A stretch of DNA of 64,000 bases, taken from Cetorhinus maximus. Taxonomy: Eukaryota. The notes under the pieces were generated by a model that saw nothing but the letters and a program-made list of their open reading frames with translations, had not been told where the DNA came from and ran no database searches. The stretch lies in the NCBI RefSeq assembly GCF_964194155.1, contig NC_135903.1, positions 28,520,001-28,584,000 on the forward strand. The letters are read 5' to 3'. Below are positions 24,936 to 35,607 of this stretch, piece by piece; the stretch's first letter is position 1; each line of letters starts with the position of its first letter. A program made the position numbers and the translations under genes.

Positions 24936-25267
24936 AAAGCCACAACAGATTGTGTTTACATTACTTGCTGTTTCTTATTTGTTTGGTTTCTCTGCCGCTT
25001 TCTTTCCATGGATCCAATTATGGGTGGAATTTTCCTTTTTGGGACTAAGTCCTGTGTCGGGGGCAGGGGCGGGAAGTGTTTCCCACTGTAGAGACCGCTG
25101 GGAATTCACACCATATTGTGCGACACTGACCTTATTAATTATGCAGTCGAGGGTTCCCCAACGTATCGCATGGCCAGGCGGGTTGGATGGCACGTCCCCT
25201 GCTGTCATATCCGGGCACCATATTTAAAAGGCGTCTGGACAGCAACTTACCCGCCATGCCAATTGAG

Positions 25268-27120
25268 ATGGCCAGAAGAGGAGAGGGACCTCCAGTGCTC
25301 AAGTTCAGCAATGCCTCTCTGGAAGTGGTCCTCGTCCAAGTGGAGGCTTGTCCAGGAGGGATGTCCTCTTTCCAGCTGATGAGGGGAGGAGGAGGCTGAG
25401 CAGGGAGACCAACCCTGTATGGGAGCAAGCCTCCAGGGCAGTGTGTACCCACTGCCTCCAGCAGAGGACTGCCCTCCATTGCTGCAAGAGGATGAATGAC
25501 CTCATCCACTCCGCCAGGGGAGGCGAACCCTCAGCTGCTCACATTCACCTCAATGAATGGTATAAGGGACATGGGCCTCAGTGAAAACATGATAAGGTCA
25601 TGCCTCATAGCCACACTGCAGTCCATCTACCTGCAGGTGAAGAAGCCACTGTGGCTCCTTGACCCTTCCACACAGACACTGCCAAGCTCTGCAAATGACA
25701 TGCCTCTCTGAGCCTTATCTATATATGCATGGGCTCACCACTCTGGAGGATGCTGGCCCAGAACCCTTCTGGACAATCTGCAGTGCATCAATCACATGGC
25801 ACACAATATAGCGGGTTATTTGTAAGACTGGAAGCATCAGGAAGGTACGTGAAATTGCTATTTACAATTAGATGCTAAATACAACTGCTCTTAACCCCAT
25901 CTTGTCGCTTCAGTTTGTGCAGGAGAAGTTAAGCCATAATCACCGAGAGAGGGAGAGGACAGGAGGGGTTCCCACACATGGAAGAGCCCACTGATTTCGA
26001 AGATGTGGGTGGCCCAGCTGGCTGGGGTGGACCGGGTTAGGGTGTTCGGAGATGGAGAGATTGGTTTTTGCCTCCATTAAGTAAGGATTGATGCATGTCA
26101 TAGAAACCTCAGGGCCAGGGGGCCTCCATGCTGGAGGCAGCCCATACAGTTACTTGTTCTTTCCTCTCTCACTTACAGGTTCCACCAGGAAGAGGGCAAG
26201 GCCCGAGCCTCAGGAAGCCCTGTCCAGCTCCAATACAAACCTGGAGAGGAACGAGGACATCACAGATGACCAAAGTGCACCTGTAGAGGCATCACAGCAG
26301 ACACCTTCACCCTCCACCTGCACAGAGAGACACCTCAGTGATTATTAGTTCTAGTGTAGGAAGGGTCTCAGGTTCTGGTGGTCACTGCATGGACATGTGT
26401 CCACAGCAGGAGGAGGCAGGGTCAGCCGAGCTCACTGGCACTTGGAGGATTGCTGGGAGAAGAGGCATCTGTGAGGTCCGAGTCCAATGACAGGCACTTG
26501 GAATCGGCCTTCCAACTGATGGTGGAGAGTCAGCAAGAGGTGGGGGAACATCAGGCAGAGGTGTTGGAGGCCCTCAACAAGGTGGCACATAAGGCACAGG
26601 AAGCCATCTTCTGCTGGCTGATGAAGTGATGCCAACCTGTGCCTGCACGAAGGCCTCCATGGGGAGGGTGGTGGACTCCATGGAGAACCTAATCCAGCAG
26701 GTACAGCCAGAGACGCGTACAGACCTGTACTCCATCGCTGTAGCCAATGGTGGGCTTCTGCAGTGGCTCTGCGAGAGGGGGTGGGGTACCTCAACCTCCC
26801 TCCAGGTGCCCCTTCCCCTCAAGGAGTCAGGCAGGGGCCGTTGGCCACCTAAAAGGAGGAGGCACAGCAGCTGGACACCCCTGGGATCTCCATTCAGGAC
26901 TCTGAGGTTGTCCAGCCTTTCTGAATCCCCTTTGCCTGTGACCCTTTCAACCTCACCCAGCTGCCCCACAGCATGGCTGCCACATTAAGCCCAGGCCACA
27001 GGCCTCCAGAGGACGACAGCCAAGGCAGCAGGTCCAACTGGTCAGCAGGCTGCCTCCACCCCAGCTGCAGGTGTCGGGGAAACGCTTAGAAGAAGTGGTA
27101 GGCAGTGAAAAATTAAGCAA
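25268..27120 (+). pseudogene. Spliced Myb/SANT-like (trihelix) DNA-binding protein gene of the Harbinger element, disrupted
   Basis: Exon 1 25268-25518 MARRGEGPPVLKFSNASLEVVLVQVE/RRDVLFP..W...RTALHCCKRMNDLIHSAR (one frameshift, donor mutated); exon 2 25923-26080 after tgtgcag: EKLSHNHRERERTGG, donor gtaagg 26081; exon 3 from 26179 after cttacag, low-complexity/coiled-coil-like with stops. Confidence 0.75.
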
Positions 27121-27671
27121 TTCTGAATTCACAAGTGGTTGCACAGGTGCACTGTGAATGTCACAGATATCAAACTTCTGTAAATATAGTTCACTTACAC
27201 ATCAATCATGTCTAATGTGTACTTGCGATAGTCTTTAAGCCTTTGCGCATAACACCACCCCCCCTCCCCACCAATACGTCACCTTCCTGGGGACATCCGT
27301 CTCCTGGAATGAGGCATCTGCAGGGAGGCAAATGTATTTGCCACAGCTCTTGTGAGCCAAGTGCAAAATCTCCCCCGTGCACGCTGATCCTTTTCTCTTT
27401 GCACTCTCATCTGTCCCAGGTCCCTAGCATTGTGAAAACTTCATGCTGGGGTTCCCCTTCAGTTGTCCAGCTGAGATGAATCTCTATCCACCCCGATGAC
27501 CCAACTCCCATGCAACATGGTGGTAGTAACATTCTATCTGCACTCTGACACCTTTGCCCCTCCCCCCAAGTCAATCACACCCTCTTCCCCCTCCACCCCT
27601 GCTCAACCACCGAAATCACATTCGACCTCTCCACTGTCACCTTTCAGCCCTCCCTCCATCACCTTCCATAC

Positions 27672-28442
27672 TGTTATGGGAAAATTAAAAATGCTAAAAG
27701 AGAACACTAAGAATTTACTGAAAAACCCTAAAATCTCCAGGCAGACATGGATACTAAACCTATTGACAGCTGAGGGTAAGCAGATGGACATTGCACACAA
27801 AGGGGTTTTGAGTTTTGTGTGATTTACAAAGTTTCAAGAAATGAGCTAATATCTAGGCACAGACAGAACCATTCAAGTGGTAAAATGGTGCGTTGAAGCC
27901 TTGAGAGCTGGACTGGAGATAGAACATAACATAAAGTTAGTTTAGGTATACTCCTCTCTCAGATAGGGACGGGGCAGATGGTTTAGCTTAGATATGGGAG
28001 GACATACAAAGACAAGAGAGGTCTTTGATGAAACACCAGCAGTCTTGAGTTGTGAGAACCAAGGTCTTTGCGAACATGTTTTAATTTTGATTGGATAATA
28101 TAACTATGTATACACCCTTTAGCATAATTGGTTAGCAGAATCACATGTTTATGTACTCAATAGGATAGTTTTAATATGGTACCTGTGTGTTGGTTACTGA
28201 TTAGATATATTCAAATGTACTCAAAGGTATTGTGATAAGAAAAAGTACAAAAGTAATGAAATGTAATCAGTCTGCGAGCTGGGTCATTTTCAGGAATGAT
28301 TGCAGCTCCCTTGCATATGCTTGAACAAAGCCGGTTAAAGGAAGCCTGAGTCTCTCTGGTCACTATGTGGTTGGGGATTGTAATTTCTCCTCTTCAACTG
28401 GTCTATGTGCTAGTTGCAGGATTGGAGGGAATACTCTCTTCA
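27672..28442 (+). mobile_element. Solo LTR (771 bp)
   Basis: TG...CA termini, perfect 5-bp TSD CATAC at 27667-27671 and 28443-28447; AT-rich block interrupting C-rich host sequence. Orientation tentative. Confidence 0.7.
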
Positions 28443-28681
28443 CATACCGTTCAAGTTAATGTCGAGGTCCACTTTCTTCCCAAGAATTCCACCCCCATAA
28501 CTATAGAAAGGCCCGCCCTCATCCTCCTGACCCCATGAATGCGAGTCACATTCCGCATCCCCACCGACTACCTCAGCGCCTCTCTACACGACATTGTCGC
28601 ACCCTCACGCTCCCAGCCTACCAACTCTCACTGCCTCCTTTAACCCTCACCATCCCTCCTACCACTGTAAGCCATCAGTTT

Positions 28682-29030
28682 GCCCCCCATGCCCCTTCAC
28701 ACCTCTACACCACTCCCCATGCCCCTTCACACCTCTACACCGCCCCCATGCCCCTTCACACCTCTACACCGCCCCCATGCCCCTTCACATCTCTACACCG
28801 CCCCCATGCCCCTTCACATCTCTACACCGCCCCCATGCCCCTTCACATCTCTACACCGCCCCCATGCCCCTTCACATCTCTACACCGCCCCCATGCCCCT
28901 TCACATCTCTACACCGCCCCCATGCCCCTTCACATCTCTACACCGCCCCCATGCCCCTTCACATCTCTACACCGCCCCCTATGCCCCTTCACACCTCTAT
29001 ACCGCCCCCTATGCCCCTTCACACCTCCAA
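28682..29030. repeat. 29-bp minisatellite, ~12 copies
   Basis: Unit gcccccatgccccttcacatctctacacc; central copies identical. Confidence 0.97.
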
Positions 29031-29244
29031 ACCCCACTCCATGTGCTTTCAGACCTTCACAAGCCGTCACCTCACCCACAAGCCAGCATGGCCCTTCCCA
29101 ACTTCCCGCTCTGTACCAGCTTGTACCCATTGAAATACCCCCTCTGATTCTCTCCCTGCCCGCAGCACTCCCAACATCCTCATCCCCCTTGTAGGCCTGC
29201 ATCCCGCTCCATCTCTTCATTCCTCTCCTCCCCATCTTTCACTC

Positions 29245-29247
29245 TCT

Positions 29248-29290
<43 letters not shown>
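29245..29290. repeat. (CT)n microsatellite
   Basis: Direct reading. Confidence 0.95.
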
Positions 29291-29291
<1 letters not shown>

Positions 29292-29380
29292 GCCACCCCC
29301 CCAACCCACGCCCCCACCCCATATCACCAACAGAACTTCTTCACCCAACAGTACCTCCTGCAGCTTTCCCCCTGCAGCTT

Positions 29381-29537
29381 GAAGACCCGGTCCCTGGGAG
29401 GGGTCGCTGGCTGAAGACCCGGTCCCTGGGAGGGGTCGCTGGCTGAAGACCCGGTCCCTGGGAGGGGTCGCTGGCTGAAGACCCGGTCCCTGGGAGGGGT
29501 CGCTGGCTGAAGACCCGGTCCCTGGGACGGGTCGCTG
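29381..29537. repeat. 32-bp minisatellite, ~5 copies
   Basis: Unit gaagacccggtccctgggaggggtcgctggct, near-perfect copies. Confidence 0.97.
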
Positions 29538-31134
29538 CTCTGAGAACAGCCATCTGTGGTTGATACTCCACCCACCCAGTGCTGCACATGGTGTTCCAGA
29601 GTCCGGTCACTGGAGGCCTCCACCTTCTCAAGGCCGCCTTAAGGTAAGTGCTGACTTTTACACGTCACGTTGGTTTAGACGTGTTCTGGACTGGCGTGAT
29701 TTCCTGTTGGCATCATATATGATTGGGGGCGGGGGTGAGGGGTGTTTGTAATTCTGGTCCGGCCTTCACCTGCATCCGATTAGTGGGATGCAGATCAGTT
29801 TCACGTCGGCCTCTGGTGGGAATTGTGACCCGCCATAGCAGGCGGGAGTGGGAGATCCCGCTGTCATTTTACACTGACGTGAAACCGATTTTTGGATCTC
29901 CCACCGCATAGACCCCTACCCCCCCACTGCCCACCATTAACCCCACTGCAGGGCGCACGTGAAAACTCTGCCCCATGTTTCCTTCTATTAGTCTTTTATG
30001 TATCTATCTCTCTCTCTCTATGATGTATTGACCAGCCTTATTTTCTCAGTTTTTTTTGGTCGCTGCTTCTCACACAAAAATCAAATAAACTTTATTATTG
30101 CTACACTGTTTAATTTAAATGCAAATAGTCAAACAAATAGTGACAAATTATTATCTTTTATGACTAGAAGTTAGCCTTCTGGTGAACAAGTGGGATGCTT
30201 CAGTCCTCCTGTTACTCATGCCCCACAAATGAGCATGAACGATACTTGAATCTCTGAATCACCTGAAGCTCTACTAATATAATGGCAGATATTCCCAGAG
30301 CTACAGAGAAAAGCCTTGGGCCAGACTTTACTGCATCTAAATGACACGCACTGTTATTAATGCACAAATCGGCAAGCAACATTTAGCAAGGAAGCGATAT
30401 CCATGAATTGTGAGTCAGTACAAATTGCTGGCAGATTTGGGCTGCTCTTACCTTGTGAAAATGACAACTCGCACCTAACCTCCCCATGATTTTCATAAAG
30501 TTTCTCCATTTGCACATTAATTAACTGCTAAACTCGCCACAAAATACTGTGGCTGCAGAGAAGGTTCAGTCTTGTAATTAATTACTAGCGTAAGTACTCC
30601 TAGCGATGTGGCCATTATTAATGACGCTATTCAACCTCTCTTCCCAGAAAGTAACCAATTAAAAATTTGAAGTCTCATTTCTTTAGATTTAATAAAAGTT
30701 AACTTTTAATATTAATTCTTATTTTTCCTTTGAGTTAAGAATGAGAGAAAAAAGACAATATTTCCCTCTTTTCTCTCTACGTGACTTTACATTGAATTCA
30801 CCTTTTTTTTTCAGTCCTTACTCTGTTTATTTCTCAATCCTTAAATCTCACTGGTTTGTGGAGTAACATTTCTTGCCCTGTTGTTCTCCATGGTCCCAGA
30901 TGCACTGTTGCCATCCTGTCATCAGCTTGCACCTCTAACAGCTTTGTATGTAAAAAATTTTGAAATTTAAAGGTTCAGGAACAAACCTAACAACAGTGTG
31001 CTGCAAATTCTCTGTGCTGTGGGGCATGCCCCCCTGAATTACCAAAAACAGGTGAATGGGTCTTAGCTTATCCTCCAATATTGTAACATTCCTTCAAAAT
31101 CACACAGAAATATTGGCAGAAATTATGTGTTTAA

Positions 31135-31199
31135 GTCACGTACTGGGGCTTGAACCCACAAGTTTGAGTCAGACAAGAATGTTATCACCTGAGCCAAGC
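31135..31199 (-). mobile_element. tRNA-derived SINE head
   Basis: Reverse complement gcttggctcaggtgataac...gtgggttcaagcccc has A- and B-box-like motifs but no cloverleaf. Confidence 0.5.
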
Positions 31200-31213
31200 C
31201 ATTGAATGTTTGG

Positions 31214-31447
31214 AACAAGAACAAAAAATGTTGGAAAAACTCAGCAGGTCTGACAGCATCTGTGGAGAGCAAGACAGAGTTAAAGTTTCGAGTCCATATG
31301 ACTCTTCAGAGCTCTGAAGAAGAGTCATACGGACTCAAAACGTTAACTCTGTCTTTCTCTCCACAGATGCTGTCAGACCTGCCGAGTTTTTCCAGCATTT
31401 TTTGTTTTTGTTTTAGATTTCCAGCATCCCCACTATTTTGCCTTTAT
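31214..31447. mobile_element. Fold-back Penelope-like 3' tail insertion with 14-bp TSD
   Basis: ~95-bp inverted arms centred on agct (31310-31313); right arm nearly identical to 42182-42319; perfect TSD cattgaatgtttgg at 31200-31213 and 31448-31461. Confidence 0.9.
31307..31351 (+). ncRNA. Minimal type I hammerhead ribozyme-like motif (mutated)
   Basis: cagagct-CUGAAGA-A-gaguc(auacg)gacuc-AAAA-CGUU-aacucug; core GAAA reads AAAA in this arm, while the mirror arm keeps cGAAAc. Confidence 0.55.
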
Positions 31448-31542
31448 CATTGAATGTTTGGGTTCAGTTTCACAATTGTGAATCTACAAAGGTGATTTTT
31501 TGATATCAGATATCGTATTGGAGCAGGCACTGAATAAAGACA

Positions 31543-31790
31543 AGGGCAGCATTTAATGGAAACAATGGGATGGGGTCGGGGTGCAGTCTCACCTGCTGGC
31601 TAGAGAGCTGACAAAAGCCCTGTGTCGCCTCTTTTTGGGAAGGCCCACCAAATTAAGTGCCTAGCAGGCACTTACCTTGACAGCGGCAGGCCTTCCCTGA
31701 GATAAAGAACCCTGGGAGCAGAAGTCCCATCTGCCGAGAGCCGCCAGGCAATCTGAGGCTGGCAGCTTCACCAGGGAGGTTTTGAAATTT
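31543..31790. mobile_element. Harbinger-like MITE fragment
   Basis: Starts gggcagcatttaa (TIR-like); internal palindrome taagtgcct-agc-aggcactta; GC-rich. Confidence 0.4.
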
Positions 31791-31794
31791 GGCA

Positions 31795-31912
31795 CCTGGG
31801 GAATCAAGGTATATTGGGAGTGAGCAGGAAAGTGGAGTTGGCATAGAAGATCAGCCATAATTGTGGCAGAGCAAGCTCAAGGGGCCATATGGTCTATTCC
31901 TGCTCCTATTTA
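31795..31912 (+). mobile_element. CR1 3' tail fragment
   Basis: gggaatcaagg..gcaggaaagtggagttg..agatcagccat..ggcagagcaagctcaaggggcc..cctgctcctattt. Confidence 0.8.
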
Positions 31913-33484
31913 TTTTCTTCGAACAGATTTAATCATTATTCATTAATTTGTGAAAATTACATGGACTCATGCAATGCACAAAAATCTTTATTGTTATATT
32001 GTAACAATAAGATTTCAGCTCAGAATAATTAGGTGGCCTTATAGATTTCCTGAAGCATGTCCAACAAAAGTGTCATTTTAGATAATCCACCACAGATGGC
32101 ACTACTGAAAATGTGCTGTGAGCAAGGTGCGTGAGAATAGAAAAACTTATGAAGGCCAACGGACAGCGCAGTAAAGATGCCTTTCATTTTATAACTGTCA
32201 ATTTATGATTACTGTAAAGTTCATAACTTGTATTCCCTGCTTCCATTTTTGATACTACCAATCAAGTTTCCTACAAAGTAGCATGACATACTAACTGAAT
32301 ACGTTGGTATTGGTTGCAAGCTTGATAATACTGTTGCCCCATTAAATTGTTCATCAATAGCTTAAACTACCTTAAGGCAACTAATCTTTCATTATGGTTA
32401 TAAAATTCTAAATTGGTGTAGAATAGGCCATTAATGTTGCATATACACTTTATTAGAGTTACCACCGCCTATAATTTAATCATGTAACCTTAAGCACTCA
32501 TACTGGAAAAGTACCATCCCTCTTTAATTCTGACACTGAGGCTTTACTGCAGGCAATTATACTTCAACCTGAGAGTTTTAGATTGTTGCTCTGTGACTGA
32601 CATTGAAGGAACTGTATTAATTCTATAATTTAGTGATTTGCCTCTAGGTTTTAGGAGCCCTGTGGCTGTGGGTTCAATAAGATCCTGTGGTAATTTTGTG
32701 CTGTACTTTCCAATTAATCTCTCCATTGGCTTAAAAAGGCAATTGGATATAATTTACAATGGATGATGGATAATTTTACCGCATCAATGCAACAAAATAA
32801 TTCAGTGCAGGTGACTTCAGTATGAAGGCTCGAAGAAGTTCACATTAACTCTCTCAGCAGAATAGTTATTGGAAGAATAGTGCATCATATATGACAGTAC
32901 TTAATTTATATGGAGCTTCACAGCTTAAGCTTGTTTTCCCCATTTTTGTTCCAAATATGATGATTCACGCTGGGATTCAGTTCCATAGTTACTGTTAATA
33001 TTCTGGTACCATGCCCAAATGCCACTTCTTTACCTATTACCCTGGATAGTGAGTGTTGCTAGTCACTTTGGCAGTTGGGGGTCATTCAGAGCCGATACTA
33101 ATTTTGACCTCATTTGACTTCCACATCTGCCTACTTTCCAGCAGAGGATTAAACTTTTCCCTGAGAATACACTTTTTATGTAGGTGTTTCGTTGGTACAA
33201 GTACTGCCGCTTGAGGCCAATTGTGAGATGAGCAAAATCCACAGGGAGATCAACTTAGCTGCTCTTGAGAGTTACCAAGTTTATAAAAGCACAGGTTGTT
33301 GGCACAGTAAGTCCAAATTGTATTCCCTTCAGGTTAGTTGACGTTAGTTGGATTAGTTTTATCTCAAGGCCTGTTTTATTCCATTGACTAAGTAATCAAA
33401 ATCTATAATTTAAATATAAATCCTTCTTTCACATCAGCAAAGTGAAATTCCCAGAGGGTGCAGGGGCAACTGCTTTTATGTGAT

Positions 33485-33870
33485 GCTGCAACAGCAGCTT
33501 GTATTTATAGAGCATCTTTAAAGCAAGGTGTTTAACAGGAGTGTTCTCAAGTCACATAAGGAGTTATTGGGGTCCAGTGACCAAAAGGTTGTTCAAAGAA
33601 GTAGATTTTAAAGGGTGACTTAAAGGAGGAGATAGGTAGGGAGTATGAGCTAATGAAGGAATTCCAGAGCTTATGCACATAAGGTATGGTTGCCTATGGT
33701 GGTGCAGTGAAAATCAGGAACACTCCAGAACCAGAATTGGAAGAGACCTTGATGGAGGGACAAGGACATGGAAGGATGAGAATTTTACAAGTGAGGCATT
33801 GCTGGACAGAGAGTCAATGTAGGTCACACAGCTGATATGTGAATGATGCTTAATGTGAGTAAGAAATGGA
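33485..33870 (-). mobile_element. L2-clade LINE 3' end
   Basis: Reverse complement of the tail at 49040-49415 (caacagcagcttgtatttatagagc..gtgaccaaaagg..tcaaagaagtagattttaa..ggaattccagagctta). Confidence 0.7.
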
Positions 33871-34287
33871 GCTTTATCTTCTACTGTAGATTATTTGGCA
33901 AAAGAGAAACTACTGAGTTAATTATTTATTGCTCTACATAGTATAATCAGAAGAGTTGCTGACATCAGTGCAGTGTGTTAAAGAATGATGTGTGACTTTA
34001 TGGCGTGATGCAATGTGTGTTTGTCTGTGCAGTATCCTTCCTTATTCCTCATGCACAGTTTCTAGTTTAAGCTGCGGTACTGTGGAAATCGACCAGTAGA
34101 ATTTGATTGCTTCTACACAGGCTGGAAGGGGGAGAGTGGGAAAAGAAAAATATTTATAATCTTTGGGCATTTTTATACATATCTGCAGTCCACTTCTACT
34201 TTCTCACCAACTTGTGACCTCCCCTTGTCAGCACAATTACGGCAGCCAGTGAGGGCAAGTTAACTGCAAATATGTGCAAGTTAAACG

Positions 34288-34576
34288 CTCCCGCCAACTC
34301 ATGGGAGTCCCTGGCTTGTGTCCAACCAAAATGGAGAAGGTTCATTCGGGAAGGCACTGAACACATTGAGAGACTTTGTAAGGAACACGCAGTGGCGAAG
34401 ACGAGAGAATGCATAAACCTCCAAACAACTCACCTATCCGACCCTGCAAGCAATGTCTGCCCCGCATGTGGCAGAGTCTGTAGGTCGTGCATTAGACTTA
34501 TCAGGCATCTCAGAAGCCATCGAACTGAAGTGGAAGCAAGTCATCCTTGATCCCGAGGGACTGCCTAAAAAGAAGT
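34288..34576 (+). mobile_element. RTE-clade LINE 3' end
   Basis: WESLACVQPKWRRFIREG...CPACGRVCRSCIRLIRHLRSH (C-terminal C2H2 finger typical of RTE) followed by short UTR and aagaag tail. Confidence 0.85.
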
Positions 34577-35272
34577 TTTTATTACGTGCACAATCTACCT
34601 CTCAGAGTGCAAATGATATCGACTGGATCTTCTGCGAAGCAGCAATCATTGTCAGATTGCCGCTCTGCTCTAACTTTTCCCCACTGCTCTGCAGTCCTTG
34701 CTGGGTCTCCCGAGCCCAGTTTCTCCAGAAATGCAGAGCTCTATTGCAGTGCTGTAGAGTGGGGCAGGGAGAAGATGAGACACACACCCTTTTTGCAGCA
34801 ACAGTTGCCATATGGTAAGTTTAAAGGTCCAGTGTGAATGTTAGTGAATGGGTGAATGGTTAGGGTGAGTAGGTGAGCGAGATAAGTAGGTAGGGTGGCT
34901 GAGATAAGTGAGTAGATTGGCAGGTGGGTGAGATGGTAGGTGGAGGGTGGATCATTTGGCAGGTGAATAGGGTGACAAGGGGTGAGGTGGCAGATGGTTA
35001 GGGTGGCTGATGGGTCAGGGGGTAATCGGGTCAGGAGAAGTAGTCAGTTCAAGCTAGTTGGGTCAGGGGGTGGGTAGCCTGATGCTGAGAGCTAGTCATG
35101 TTTGGTCAGGGGGTAATCGGGTGGTCCAGGATGGTAGTCAGGTCGGGAGCCATAGTTGGGTTGAGTCAGCAGGGATAACTGGGGTGGGAGGGGGTATTGG
35201 GGGAAGTCTGAATGATTGGGGGTTCAGTTCTGTAGTTACCTAGGAGTTAGACTAGGTTTTAATCTGTCTAAG

Positions 35273-35511
35273 TCTAGTAGTTGAAGGTATAGCGCATCCT
35301 ACTGTCTATCAGGTGTCATGTGATTGTTCTTGGAGGCTCCGACCTGTGAGCCCTAAGCGCAGGTGGGTGGTGGTGGGGGTGGTGGGAGGTGGTGGGGGAG
35401 GCTGCAGGACCTCTTGCTGAGGACCGGGTTCAAGCATGTAGCATCTGAAAAGCTCTCTAATGAAGTAAACTGTTTCTTGTTGAAATCTGTCCAGTATGTC
35501 AAGTCATTACA
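35273..35511 (+). repeat. 5' LTR
   Basis: Aligns with 39669-39871; ends aagtcattaca; has a 10-bp insertion and a GGT-rich expansion (~35362-35400). Confidence 0.9.
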
Positions 35512-35513
35512 TT

Positions 35514-35526
35514 TGGCAACAAGGGT
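35514..35526 (+). other. Primer-binding site, tRNA-Ser(GCT)-type
   Basis: TGGCAACAAGGGT equals TGGCGACGAGGGT (complement of the vertebrate tRNA-Ser-GCT 3' end, as recalled) with two CpG transitions; 2 nt after the LTR. Confidence 0.7.
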
Positions 35527-35607
35527 AAAATAGTTCCAACGCTACACCTTGCTTTGTTAACATGAGTACATCAAATCTTAAGAAAAAGAAAAGACTACTC
35601 ATCAATC

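Larger units (their letters stand above)
25022..29973 (+). mobile_element. PIF/Harbinger-like DNA transposon, non-autonomous (Myb/SANT gene remnant, no clear nuclease)
   Basis: Imperfect TIRs GGGTGGAATTTTC (25022) / GAAAACTCTGCCC (29961-29973), 10/13; 3-bp flanks TAT/CAT; GC-rich interior with Myb/SANT-like exons. Confidence 0.65.

Noticed and set aside
28396-28423. Possible tRNA-Ser PBS (tgctagttgcaggatt) implying an earlier LTR end
   Set aside because: Poor match with no TGG start at the right spacing; the perfect CATAC TSD supports the end at 28442.
28535-29235. Long Pro/His-rich ORFs (155-219 aa) in all three plus frames
   Set aside because: Artefact of a stop-free 29-bp tandem repeat.
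29324-29631. Repetitive minus-strand ORFs
   Set aside because: Translations of the 32-bp minisatellite.
32086-32104. CTCF-like motif ccaccacagatggcacta
   Set aside because: Needs a gap in the core to fit; a single such match is expected by chance in 64 kb.
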